The notes under the pieces were generated by a model. It saw nothing but the letters and a program-made list of their open reading frames with translations, ran no database searches and had not been told where the DNA came from. The position numbers were made by a program, and so were the translations under genes. 64,000 nt of DNA from Podarcis muralis (taxonomy: Eukaryota): positions 50,592,001 to 50,656,000 of the forward strand of contig NC_135655.1 in NCBI RefSeq assembly GCF_964188315.1, read 5' to 3'. Every line of letters begins with the position of its first letter. The first letter of the stretch is position 1. Positions 1 through 12,435 of this stretch are shown here, one piece after another.

Positions 1-715
1 ACTCAAATGCTGTGGGGTGTGAATGTGAAGGAAGCCTGACCAATCAGACCTTCTAGCTGCAGCCTAATCAGCTTTTCTTAATGGACTCTGTTCTTCTGGA
101 AAAGGGACTTGAAAACTTTCTTAAGAGCTAGGTAATGTTTTAAAAAACATAATAATTTTGAATCCTGTTGCATGGGGTATGAAAAGCAGGTAGGATCTGC
201 CAATGCTGCAGACAACATTTGTGATGAAGATGCAAACGCTGGATGGACGAACTACAAAATGTGAACAACCTAGGAGGCAGTAATGAGCAGTGGGTAGGTA
301 CCACTTCTTTCCCCACTCCTCCCAAGTTGTACTGATTACAGCCAATTTACTGTGTTGAGTCGGTGGGTAGACTTGGTGCCTCTAAAGTCTGGTAGTGCTT
401 GAATTACAGGGGTGCCAGGGGGACCCAACCCCTTTTGTGATGTCCCCCTTAGCTACTATTTTTTTAGAAATCTAAAGCATGATGGAGCTAAAACAGGGTG
501 GGGGTGTTGATTTCATTAAGCCAGCTCACTTTCCTCTATAATTCAAGCACTGATGCTTGGGATGACAGCAGTGCACACACATACATAACCATGTCATATT
601 GCATACTTTTGCCTTTGGTATATCTGAGTTGGTCCTCCATCTGCTCTGGAAATGCCTTTTGATGGGTGGGATATAAATAAAAGGCAGTGGGAACTTCTGA
701 GCCCACCTCTTACGC

Positions 716-853
716 TAGGGAAGCGCAACCTGTGGTCCTGTGCAGATGTTGTTGGACTCCAGCTCCCTTCAGCTCCATGTAACATGGCTAATGCTCTAAG
801 ATGGTGGGAATTGCAATCTAGCAACATCTGGAAGGCTGCAGGTTTACCACCCT
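716..853. mobile_element. ~135-bp palindromic hAT-type MITE (family A), diverged
   Basis: Arms aacctgtggtcc...gatgttgttggactccagctccc / gggaattgcaatctagcaacatctggaaggctgcaggtt match the family seen about 17 times in the window. Confidence 0.7.
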
Positions 854-1414
854 CACTTTACACTATATCTGCACCTCTACATCTCCATAGCTTCTCACTG
901 CATTCAGTTGCAACACTAGCCTTTTGCAGATGTATTTTGTTTGTGTTCTCACACATGAACAGGGTAGTGCCAAGGAGCTACACTTTTGGCATTGACTAAC
1001 CCTTCCCTTGGTGTCTAGTCTGCGCAGTGAGTCACATACCTATTAGCTATTCCTTCCACAATAAATGGGAAGGATGGGTTTCATAAGGCCAACATTATTT
1101 ATTTTGAGGCCTACTGTCGAACACATATTTCTGAGTGGTGTACTTGTCTTGTGTTGCACCACTGGAACATGCAGCTTTCCATTGGCTGGAGGTGACAACT
1201 CGTAACATTTAAACGAAACCTGGCTTGGTAAACCTGACTATGTGCTCCTACTGTTTGCTGATGTTCCCAGATTCCACAGCTGGAAATGAATTGAGAGATC
1301 TATCATTTGGGTGCAGGGAGTCATCTGAAGACTCAAGGCTTTTCTTGGCTCAGCCACCTGCTAGACATCTTAAGAAGCATGGATGAAGGAGAAAGCTGGC
1401 GAGAAAATATATTA

Positions 1415-1700
1415 AACTTTCAAAAAGCCTTTTGATTAAAAAAAGCCCCACACAAGGCAGGTGTTTAAGGAAATGTGGCCACCTTTAGGGTTAGAGGTAA
1501 GGTTCTCTTGTAGATTAAAAACAGTTGTGATAGGAAGCCGAAATAAATGGCCAATTCTCAGCATGAAAGGTTATAATAGGTTGGGCTAAGGATCTAAACC
1601 AAGGCCCACATTCTATAAATGTCTTAATGGGTGGCAAGAAGGGTGCTAGCAGAACTGAAACTTGCTGATGACACACAGTTATCTAGGTTACTCAAGAGGA
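1415..1700 (+). mobile_element. Degenerate CR1-class LINE reverse-transcriptase remnant
   Basis: ttcaaaaagcctttttgat (FKKAFD-like), ataaatggccaattctc, and aaacttgctgatgacacacagtta (K.ADDT.L motif), with frameshifts. Confidence 0.65.
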
Positions 1701-1925
1701 GGAGGGAACTGGGAATGCTAAGCGGTTGTAGAACTCTGGTTAAGAGCTGGCAAAAAGGGAAAACTACTTAATGGTGAAAAAGGCAGAGTAGAACCCTCTT
1801 ACGCAATGACTGGAAAAAGGTTGGCTAGAAACCCCTTAAAGCCCCAGTAGAGGATGTTCAGAGGCCAAGCCAAGCACTGAGCCCAAATTTTTGAACATGA
1901 ACAAGAGTGAAGATGCAAAGAAGGC

Positions 1926-2160
1926 AATTGTTGGCATCTGTCTCAAGAGACAATGGAGTGTGCCTCCGGGGGTGAAGTCAAACCGCCGTGTTAGCGATAC
2001 TGAACTGACCTCCCTGGGGCACAAGCCTGGGCAGCCTGTGTGGAAGTGCTGGGCTGCCCAGATTCCCCCTCTCAACCTTTCTGAGATAGTCCAAAGGAAA
2101 GCAGAGCAATGCTTTTGGCACCAGCTTGGCTGCAGGAGTTTCCAGAAGGAGATGGACAAG
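1926..2160 (-). mobile_element. Dispersed retroposon fragment, probably RTE-related
   Basis: gtccaaaggaaagcagagcaatgcttttggcaccagcttggctgcaggag recurs at about 26565-26615. The - strand ends in ...gacagatgccaacaa, a short caa tail. Confidence 0.6.
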
Positions 2161-2294
2161 CTTCCCTCTAGAGCGCATGCAGAAACTGTCTTCTTGCCTA
2201 TTGGACTCACTATTGGTCTCGTCCGCTCCATCTACCAGAGCCTGTCTTTGCATACAGGGGAAGTCCCTAACTCACTGAGGGTTTGAGACCCATC

Positions 2295-3254
2295 TGTGGG
2301 ATTTAATCCACTGGGAGCAGTCAAATACAACATTCCTTGTTTTGCTAGAGTGGACGTGCAAGGGAGTGTTTGGTCCAGCCAGTCAAAACTTCCTGTTCCT
2401 CCGGGGCTGGAGCATCCTTCCTTACATGTGGCTAGTGGGTGGGCGTGACCTTTCCAGACCTGGTAAAAGGCCAAGGCATGCTGCCACTCTCTCTCTTTTC
2501 CATCTTCTTTTCGTCCTGCGAGCTTCCTGGAATGAACTGCTGGCTGCCAGCCAAGCAGTCCCTCAGGACATCTCCCTTATGGGGTAAACCTGTTTTGTAA
2601 CTTTAAGCCTAAAGCCTGCCTTCAGGGATCACAGTGTGCTCTGCCTGATAGTGAGTAAACTTTTTTTTTTATTGCTTATGAATAAGACTGTGTTGTCTTT
2701 ATTCTTTTAGGAGGGATTAAAAGGGGTCTTACCAGGAAAATATTAGAACACATTTCAATCTGGACAAACCAGATTGAATTGTTTATTGTCTTAAGAAAGT
2801 CACACAAGTTTGCAACTAATTTTCTGCTGTGTAAAGGGGAATGCACTCTGCTAAGTAAAGGAACTTGCTAGCACAAGTTAGGAAGGATATTAATAAACAA
2901 TATATCCTCTCCTGCCACCCTGAACATTCCCAGGCCATCAGCTACCCTCACCTGGTTTAGCCTGCCAGTCAAAACCATTCCCATGGTGTGGCCGCTGTTG
3001 CATGCTAGGAGCCACGGGAAAGATCTGAGTGCAAGTTGAGGACCAAAACTGGACAAATTACCCCAGGAGGAGTCCCCCACCAGAGGTACCTTCCCTCCCT
3101 TAACAACCCCATATGCCCCAAAGCAATGGCTGAATGCTTTTAAGAGAGTTCTTCTGGAGTGTGTTGGTTCTTTACCTCCTAGTAATACAGGTGTTTGTCC
3201 ATGTCTTTGTTTTCACATTCCCTTGTCTCTGTTTGCTTTGCCACTTCTCTCTCA
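2295..3254. mobile_element. Possible solo LTR, boundaries uncertain
   Basis: Starts TGTG and ends CACA with catc on both flanks. Internal gggcgtg...gtaaaagg...ctctctctcttttcc and agtaaa look LTR-like. An alternative end near 2734 has no TSD. Confidence 0.3.
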
Positions 3255-3716
3255 CATCCTTTTAAAATTCACCAAAGGCCAGAAGCTGATGATGGTAGGG
3301 AATTTTTCTCTTTATTTACTAGTAAAATGTCAATCTTAATAGCAAACAGAGGAATATGCAGACCTTCTGACTTGGGTGTCCATGGTGGATGGCCTCTCTC
3401 TTGCTTGCTCTTTTTCGTTTTTATTTTTGCTTCATCAAAAAAGAGGCAGGCTGTCATTATTTTTGAGCCTTCGTTAGGGGCTGCCTTCTGAAGCCCATAG
3501 TCCTTCTGTCTTTGGCCATGATGGCAGGTTGCTAGGGAGGAGGAGGACAGAGAGGGTGTGGGTGGGTTCAGAAACTAGCCTACTGTCTAAAGGTACAATT
3601 TACATTCATTTCTCTGGCCCTGCCCAGCTCTGCCATGTGCTCCCTCAGAAGAAAATGTGGCCCTCAAGCTGAAAGTTTCCTCACCTCTGTAAGATTGGAT
3701 CAGAATCCGCATAGTG

Positions 3717-3911
3717 CAGGCATGTCCAAAGTCCGTTTTGGGGGCCTAATTCCCTAATTCGGCCCTTATGGCAGTTTGTTTCCTGAGGTAAAATCCTAAA
3801 AAAAACCTCCACAACTTCAATCCTAAAAAAACGTCAACAACTTTGGTCGGCCCTCACGGCCCTTCACTTCATCAAATCTGGCCCTTTTTGAAAAAAGTTT
3901 GGACACCACTG
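3717..3911. mobile_element. hAT-type MITE (family B)
   Basis: TIRs caggcatgtccaaa...tttggacaccactg; 8-bp TSD gcatagtg/ccatagtg (7/8). Confidence 0.8.
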
Positions 3912-5702
3912 CCATAGTGCAACCTTCTGCCCCAACTGCAGGCTCACAGCCTCAGAAAACCCTGGTGCATCAGAAAACTGATCAACTAGGGAATTCACCA
4001 GAGTGATATTCTATGATATTAGGCTTCTATGCTGAAATTGGGCTTGAACGAAGCATTCCATCATAATCAATAGAATAGGTTGTGGAGTGTTGCTTGGTTG
4101 CAGTGTGCAGCGGTGATTCTCGTGACAGTTTCTCCTGTCCTAAAATGTGCCCACAGTCCCTCCAAAAGGTTGGTGCACTAGAGGCACCACATCCGGCTTT
4201 CTTCCTTGATATGCATCCCCCGCCCCTTTAAAAAGCATTCTGGAAGGAAGACCCACAACAACAGGCATGCAGGATTGTTTCCCTGCAGATGAATTGATTG
4301 CTACTAAGAAGGAGCTCCTCTTCAGATGGATGCTCCGTACAGGCTGTTAATCCTAGGCAGAAAACTGAAGTTAGACACCCAGAAGAACGAATAGTCCAAG
4401 AGAGAGAGAACTTTTTCTGTTTAATGATAAGAAGGAAACACCTGCATTGATCCAGTTCAGCCACTTTTCTGCCTGAGAATTAGTAGACTCGTGATTATCT
4501 TCGAGTGGTTTGCAAGAATGATAACTGTTCCACCTTTTTCGTTCCCCATCGAGTCTTTCCCCCTTGCTTGCTTAGCTTCCCCCATCCCACCCATGCTGCT
4601 TTGTGTGTGTGTGTTGCATTGTCCATTCAAGGAGGAGCAGATATGTGGGGAGATGGAATTCCCCCTTCTGTTCCCACAGAAATGCAGGTAAATGAACAGA
4701 ACCAAACAACAAGGAATACATACGCCATGCACTTGTGTTTGTGTCCAGTGTGGGGCATGGGGTGCTCTTACTCTCCCAGTAGACTCAGCCTGGATGGGCA
4801 TTGGCTGTTCCTCGGATCCACGCAGAGGAGGAGCTGCCACCCTGCGGAAGGGGGCAGACCTGCCTCGCTGCCCTGCCCTGGACTGAAGCGGATGGAAGAA
4901 GCAGCCCTCCTCGGAGCAGCTGCTCTCTCTCCACTTAGTCCCAATCTGTCAGCAAAGCTGTTCTCCAACAGGAAAAGGCATATTAATTAAAGCGTGCCAT
5001 GTGGTGAGCTGTCCTAGCTTTAATTGGGATCTCAGCACACAGCATGTAAATGTCATTCTCCTCCGAAATCTGTGCAAGGGGAGCTCTGTGATGAGAAGGG
5101 GAGGGGGAGCGCAGGCACCAAGGGGGCCACGAACCTTGATTCCCAGCCAACGTCCTCTGTGGAGCACAGACCAATTACTGCCTCGTGCCCCTTCCTTTCC
5201 TTTCCCATCCCCGCTCTCCTTCCCTGAAGGAGCACTGGCCTCTCTCTCCCTCCTTCCCTCCCTCTCTCCCTCCCCACTTCCTCCACCCTGCTGTCACTGC
5301 CTGGCATCCCTGCCATGGTAATTGGGTGGGAGGCTCATTAAAACATGTTCTCTGCGTTCCAGCAAATATACGTATTTGTTTCCCCACAGCGTCCCTCGTC
5401 GAAGCACATCTCATCTGTTCTTGGTTACTTCCCTTTCCTCGTGTTTGTTTTTCCTTTCAAGTTAGCGTTGCTAGCCTGCAGCACATACTGGAGCAAATGG
5501 TGCCCAATCTGTACAGCCTGGCACACCAGACATCCAGGTTTTTCATGCTCTGGTGTCCTGCCTGTGGCGCCAGGAGGTGAAGGGGGCCATGTCAAGTTTA
5601 AAGCTGATGAGGCTTTGACAGGAATGTTTCCACCCTTCACTGTCTCTTTTCCCATTGTCCGACTCTCCTTCATGTGACTTGAACAACACCGTGAGTCTTC
5701 CA

Positions 5703-5840
5703 GAGGGGTAAGCTAATGTGGGACCCTCCAGAAGTTGCTGGACTCCAATTCCCATCAGCCTCTGTCAGCACAGCCAATGGCCCAGGATGATGGGAATTGT
5801 AGTCCGACAACATTGGGAGGACACAACATTGACTCTCCTG
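5703..5840. mobile_element. hAT-type MITE family A
   Basis: Palindromic arms; TSD gtcttcca/gtctacca (7/8). Confidence 0.8.
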
Positions 5841-6449
5841 GTCTACCATCACAGTGGTGGCCTGCTTCCTAACAAGTGCATGCGTGTTTCTCCCAACAAA
5901 GCTGTTCAAGAGCTGGATTCTCAGCCACGACAACATGGCCATAGCCCAGGGGAGGATGACTGCGGGACAAAAATGCCTTTTCTTTCTGGACATCTTCACT
6001 GAAGATGGGAGTACTGTCTTCTCTCTACTCCCTCTTAGCGATCTCTTAAGCAAGTTTGGAGTAAAGGAATTCAGGAAGTCAGAAAAGAAAGCCAAGGCAA
6101 TTCTGCTCTAAGACTCCTACAGATCTCATCCAACAAGGTACAGCTTCAATGAGCTGTAGGTAGGGCATCAGACAAAATCTTTGGAGGCCTGATGCTGACC
6201 ACCGGTCACCAGCTTGCTGTGATGATGCAGGTGCTCTGTTTTCCCTCCATCAAGCTATGCTTACTTGAAAGAAACTGGTTTCTTCATAAAGCTGAAGTAT
6301 CTGATTATTAGAAAAAAGTTACATAACAAAGCATTTAAGCAGGGGTATGCACAGACCATTAAAATCCACAGAGACACTGAAAATCGAAGAAGGTAGTCTA
6401 TTAAGAAATAATGAGTTTGGCATTCAAACTGTATCATAAAAGTAGTATT

Positions 6450-6620
6450 AATCTGGGTGACTGATTGAATCCAAAGAGTGCTCAGTAATGGTTCCTCGTC
6501 ATACTAAAAAAGTGACAAGTGGGGTGCTGCAGGGTTCTGTCCTGGGGGTTTATAAACAGCTAGGATGGAGGTATTAAGGGGATGTTCATCAAATTTGCAG
6601 ATGACCCCCAACTGGGAAAG
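6450..6620 (+). mobile_element. CR1 LINE RT remnant
   Basis: agtggggtgctgcagggttctgtcctggg (SGV.QGSVLG) and atcaaatttgcagatgac (IKFADD). Confidence 0.75.
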
Positions 6621-7092
6621 TGTTTAACTTTTATTAAGGAAATGGTGCAGCACTGAGCAAAAGGATATTGCCCATCCTCAGGACATGAATCAATCCTTGC
6701 CATACAAGATGGCAAGAAGCAGAGTCTTGTGAAAGACAATCCGGAAACTTTGTGCAAATAAGATTCCATTCTTCGTGCTAGTGAAAGCAGAGTAAGTAGC
6801 ATATTTCTACCTAGCAACAATGTTGATTAGTTTTTACAATAAGAAAGCAGGAGGAGAGGTAGATAGAAAATGCATAACCACTTCCTGGAATGCCTTTCTG
6901 AAAGAGACCAGCGTGACAACACCCTGCCCTGCAGTCTACGCCTGTCAGATTGATTCTGCAAAAGAAATGGATCAGATACCTGCAGTGGCAAGGCATGAAA
7001 CTTGGACAAGCATAGTTAGCTCCTAAAGAGGGTTTGAGCCCTTTTCTAAAATGGATGATATTTATGTTAAGCTGCAACATACAAGTGAAATG

Positions 7093-7176
7093 GCAGCCCT
7101 AATATCACTTACCTGGGAGTAAGACCCATTGACTTTAATAGGACTTACTTCGGAGTAGACATGATTAGGCTTGTGC
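7093..7176. repeat. ~85-bp imperfectly palindromic dispersed repeat (family C)
   Basis: acttacctgggagtaagacccattgactttaataggacttacttcggagtagacat; similar copies at 10164 and 23500, fainter ones near 9810, 50190 and 59510. Confidence 0.7.
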
Positions 7177-7409
7177 TATACGCTTTTGTGGCCAACACAG
7201 GCCTAGCTCAACATTATAAACCTGCCAGGCCAGCAAAAATCCACAGCGAAGAGCCCAAAGAAGAGAGTTTGGTAGGCAGGGGCACTCACAGCCTGTGCTT
7301 GTCCTTATGCTGTTGTACTGAGGCAGCAGCCAAGGCAATTCTTTCTGGTGGTTGGGGGGGTTTGGGTCCACTTTCAGGGGAATCTACACTTAGGCAACTG
7401 AGGAGAGAA

Positions 7410-7720
7410 CAGTTAAGAACATCTGGCCCTACTGGATCAGGCCAAAGGTCCATCAGTCTAGCATCCTGTTCTCACAGTGGCCAACCTGATATCTATGGGA
7501 AGCCCACAAACAGGAAATGGGTGCAACAGCACTCTGCACATTTGTATTTCCTGCAACTATTATTCAGAGGGGGTACAGTATAGCCATTGTGGACAGTAGC
7601 CATTGATAGTCCTATTCTCCATGAACATGTCCTAATACTCTTTTAAAGCCCTTCAAGTTGGTGGCTATTCCTACATCTTGTGGGAGTGAGTTCCACAGTT
7701 TAACTATGTGCTGTACTTTC
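7410..7720 (-). mobile_element. L2-class LINE 3' end
   Basis: ctggatcaggccaaaggtccatc.gtctagcatcctgttctcacagtggccaac; matches the copy at 56283. Confidence 0.7.
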
Positions 7721-7806
7721 TTTCGTCTGTCCTGAATCTTCTCCCAACATTCAGCCTCAAAGGAAGGTCTGAAGTTCTACATCATCTTATGCACCTTTGT
7801 CTTATA

Positions 7807-8032
7807 CAGTGGTACCTCGGGTTAAGAACTTAATTCGTTCTGGAGGTCTGTTCTTAACCTGAAACTGTTCTTAACCTGAGGTACCACTTTGGCTAATGGG
7901 GCCTCCCACTGCCAGCGCCCCGCCACTGTGTGATTTCTGTTCTCATCCTGAAGCAAAGTTCTTAACCCGAGGTACTCTTTCTGTGTTAGCAGAGTCTGTA
8001 ACCTGAAGTGTCTGTAATCCGAGGTACCACTG
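7807..8032. mobile_element. Tc1/mariner (Tigger-like) MITE
   Basis: TIR cagtggtacctcgg...ccgaggtaccactg with TA on both sides; reverse orientation relative to the copies at 26875 and 37486. Confidence 0.9.
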
Positions 8033-9063
8033 TACAAACGTAACCCTTTCTAAAAAAAAATCTAAGTCCTCATAAAGTAGTGGCCATGAAGTGAAAGGAA
8101 ATTGGGTGTGTGGGAGGGGGGAAGGGTCCTCAAACATAAAGTTAGTGAAGCACACGTCTTACTCCATGGTTAAGATACCATGCCTTTGTCACACCTGCTA
8201 CCAAAGACTACACTTCAGGTTATTTTATACAACCAAATCTTTTTGGGGCTGTTTGCAAAGCTCTCCCCACGTTGCTAGTACTACCATGTAAATAACACTG
8301 GTTGCCAGTGAGGGTTCAGAGCGGGGTGAATTTGGAGGCAGAGAGTAAAACATTTTCACCCTCAGGAATTCGGTGTGATTTCTCTGCTCCCTTGTAGAAA
8401 ATGGAGTGTGGTCTTTTTCCTGTAATTTTAAAGCTAGGTCCTGATAAGATCATAGCTATTAAAATAGGTTGCTCAATTCCCAGTTCAATGATACAGTAAT
8501 ACCCTGATAGGATCACAGGTTGGCTCTGATCACAGATCAGCTCTAATCTATCCTTCAGAGCAGAGCACTGGGCAAAGCTGCTGTTTCAGAAGCGAACTTT
8601 AATTTGCAGATTATTTATTTTTGTGTCAGACTTAAGACGGAGCTGGGGATAAGCAAGAGCCTGTTATCAGCACAGCATTCTCTGGCTGCTGACCAGGCAT
8701 TTCAGCAGACTTTTTTCCTCTCTCCTCCCAGAGAGGTTTTAATGGGCTCCAAAGTGCTTTGATGTATGGTTTCTGAAACCAACCTCTGTCCTTCCACCTA
8801 CTCCAGCAAGATTTCTCATCTTTTTTTATTATACTGCTTAGAGCTCCACTTCTATAGAAAGCTTGTGCTGCATGCAACTTGAAGCCAAAGGGGGCCCAGT
8901 CCAGTTGAAGTTGTGACTAATGCTGCCATCTTTATTCACATTTACTTGAAAGTATGCCCCACTAATCACAGGAGAACATAGTGATGGAGTAGCCACAGGC
9001 TGGAATGTGCTGCGGGTTTTATTAGAAAGCAGTGGAACTTAAGGCAGTCGTCTTGTCCTAGAG

Positions 9064-9201
9064 CAGCTTTACCCCAGCTTGGTGCCTCGTGATGTTTTTG
9101 GACTACAGTTCCCATCCCATCCCTTGACCATTGGCCCTGCTTGCTGCTGATGGGGAGTTACAATCCAAAACACCTGGATGGCGTCAGGTATGGGAAGGCT
9201 G
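9064..9201. mobile_element. hAT-type MITE family A
   Basis: cagctttaccccagc...ggactacagttcccat...gggaaggctg. Confidence 0.75.
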
Positions 9202-10163
9202 TTCTATCAGTTCCAATGGACACTGGGCCCAGTCGCTTCCTTCCATTTCTGCACCTTCTCCCAATAGATTTTATTTGCTTTCCTGTTGTTTTGTTTTTCA
9301 CACGGGAAATAGTTGAGCAAAACGTGCAAACCCCCAGGAGCAGATTGCTTATCTCAAGAACATCGCAGTGTTGAACTCCTTTGTACCATGGAAGTTTTTT
9401 AAAATTCAGATAGATCCATATGTCTAAAATTGATTATTAGTTTTACCCTGGGGCAGTTGCTGCCTGCACCCTGTTTTGGCACAGATCACCAGTGGTGCAC
9501 CCCCTTCCATTGTTTTGTAACTAACAAATAACCTCCTTGCTACCACTTAGCTTTCTGAAGGTAAATATAGCATTTACCTCTTGCTCCAATGCGCTAAAGC
9601 ACAATGTGTGTCATTTGTTAGGTTGCCAAACAGTAGGGAAAACATAAATAGGCAGAAGACGATCCACTGACCATGGTGCTGAAATGGCTATAATGATTCT
9701 GCCAGAGAATTAAGGACACGACGGATCCAAAATAAAAGTTACTTCCCTAATTTGAGGATTATTTAATACCGCCAGGAAATCACCTGAGAGACATGGTGGC
9801 TGGGAGACATGTAGGATTGTTGCCAATGCTAGTCCTACTCAGAGTAGATCCACTGAAATAAATGAACGTGACTAACTTAAGAAATGTAAGCTTAACACAG
9901 ATGTCGCCAAAGTGTTGTAGAAATCTCTTCCACACTGTCTGATCCCATCTTGATTAGGTTACCTTAGGGGGGGGGGATTACTTGTGCCATTCAAATGGAA
10001 TGACTCCTCACATCAGCACCTCCTGGGAGAAGAAACATGTAGTTTGGCTGGCCTACATTTTCCGTCCTTACGGTTGGTGCTGCAGCAGTCTGGGACTTAG
10101 CCTTGAGGGAAATAGGCTGTGCTGCTAAATTAATGTGTGAGCTGGACCTTAGACTGATTAAGG

Positions 10164-10249
10164 ATGCAATCAAATACCCACTTACCTGAAAGTGAGCCTC
10201 ATTTAACTCAATGGAACTTACTTCTGAGTAGACATATGTAGGATTGCAC
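10164..10249. repeat. Family C short palindromic repeat
   Basis: atgcaatc...cacttacctgaaagtgagcc...acttacttctgagtagacatatgtaggattgca. Confidence 0.7.
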
Positions 10250-12199
10250 TGTAAATTTGATAAATGCTTGTGTTGTTATGAGACTTATTACTTTGATCCT
10301 CACCATCCCATGTTTTATCTTCAAAGAATGTCACTTTGTCTTTTTTTGAAGCGGAACATATTTGCTATTTATGATATTTGGCAGCATTTTTATACCACTC
10401 ATTAACAATGAATTATCTGGGCCATGTACATTTTAAAAAAACACACACACACCAGGAAACATAACACCACACACCAGTTTTGCTACGGCTACCCTCCCTC
10501 TCCAATTTTACTCCTGCCAAATCCCAGTGAAAGTTACCCAGAAGCCGGTCTGACTCCAAGATGATGAACTGTAGTTGCCACCTTGACAAAAATGACAGGT
10601 AAGTTTCTACTCCACTCTTTCACCTGCCCCTTCCTCTGTGAAACAGACAAGGCATGGCTCTTCTTCAATTATCCCTGGTAATGAGACAGTGGAGATAATT
10701 AACAAGAAGACAGCAGTGTTATTCTGTCAAGTAAATATCATGGTTGTGTTCTCAAACTTGATCCTGCTGAAATGTTCAAGGCCATCAGAAAGCCTCTTCC
10801 GTTACCAAGTGCAGTGGGTTCAGCCATAGGCATAATTAGAAGAGCCTCAGTTGCCTAATGAAGACTGACTGGTAGCTATTAGGAGGGTGACATTAAAACA
10901 CTTAAATGCTATGGAAGATGTGGCAGGCCCACATCTGCCTACCCACTGTGAAAGTGCCCAAGTTGCACTGCCAGAAGCCCCCTGCTAATCACCTATATCA
11001 AAGCAAATACTAATTAAAACAATTATTTAAGGAAGAAACCAAACTGATGCTTGTGCATTTCCAAAAGCAGCCTTGCTCAGCCACTAAGTTTCTGCTGCTG
11101 GGCTCTAGGGGCCTGGAGTAAAGAACGGCAACAAATGGAATTACCAAGGACAAAGCCGTGTTTTATAATATGCCTCGAAATGCTCCAGCTGCAGGACTTT
11201 GGCCGTGGCCATGGACTACGGAGAACAAGAACAGCATCAGCACTATGCACTCCCTCAAGCATCTCTCTAGTCATTCAGTTTTGCTCTGTTAACTGTGTGC
11301 CTTTGTCTTGCCCAATATTGGCTCAATTCAGACATAATGACAAGCCATGGTCTGTCATTACGAGGACAATTATGTGCAAGCCAAAGGCTCACGTGCTCCC
11401 TTCTCCCCTTCCTCTGCATGCAACGGGAAGGAGGGGAGATTAGAAGCTTCTGCTTCTAGCTGATGATACCACAACACAAATTTGCATCCCAGTAAGCAAA
11501 GTCTACTCTGCTTGAACCATTGTCTGTCCACAGAAAACCGAAAAGAGAAGGGTTTTATTGTGTTGGTCATTTGTTATGTATTCCGTTGTACACTGTCAAC
11601 ACACTTTTTATGAGTTGACTGTTTATATATATATTCAGATAAATTAATTACTAAGGGGGAAAGAAGATTCCAAACTAGGATCAAAACATGGTTTGGGATC
11701 CTGGTTTGTGGGCAAGCTACAGTTTGAGCAAACCAGGGTTTCTTCTTATTTCATAATGCTAGTGCATTATCATCCAATGACTGGGAGTGATTCAGGGCAG
11801 ACCAAAGAAAATACTTCACATAATTGAATCCATCAAATTCAGTTCCATAAGATGGGGGTGATAACTAATAGCTTAGGTGGTTTTCAAAGGGGACTTAGAC
11901 TACTTCATACAGCCTCAAGCTTCAGAAGTAGTGTGACTCTGAAGAGCAGTCACAGGGGAACAACAGATGGAGAGAGCTGTTACTCTCATGTCCTTCCTGG
12001 AGACATAGGATTGTCTACTGGAGAACAGCCTTCTGGACTACATAGGCCTTTAGTCTGATCCAGCAGAGTTCTTCTGTTCACATGAGGACACAACAGCAAA
12101 TCATACTCTCTTGCTAACTAGAAGTGGAATCTACTAATCTATTCCACTCTTACATGGAAAAGGGGGGCAGAAATGGGAGAATAAATGAGCAGGGATGAC

Positions 12200-12435
12200 T
12201 TTATGAGGTGATGAGAAGTAGTACAGCTGAAAATGCTGGCAGCGTTAAGATAAATTCAACAGTGTAAAAAAGTTTTGATAGATGCAATAATGGAAAACTG
12301 AATGGTATAGTTTTTTGTAAAATATGCAGGGATTTATGATATGTAAAATGAACCATGGAAAGAGGAGGGAAGTCATTGATATTTTAAGGATGTAAAATGA
12401 GCATTTTAAATTGTAAAACAGAAAACTTAATAAAA
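12200..12435 (+). mobile_element. L1-class LINE 3' end
   Basis: cagctgaaaatgctggcagcgttaagataaattcaacag...gaagtcattgatattttaaggatgtaaaatgag is the reverse complement of the 48290-48490 copy. Confidence 0.8.

Noticed and set aside
4643-4687. ATG...CAG|GTAAAT mini-exon (MWGDGIPPSVPTEMQ)
   Set aside because: No promoter context, no homology and no linked exons.
5579-5690. Exon-like segment ending in GTGAGT
   Set aside because: The open frame stops inside it, the donor overlaps a MITE target-site duplication, and there is no homology.
10561-10598. ATGATG...CAG|GTAAGT candidate first exon (MMNCSCHLDKND)
   Set aside because: The donor is good, but there is no CpG island or promoter evidence and its phase 2 does not fit the 62629 exon.
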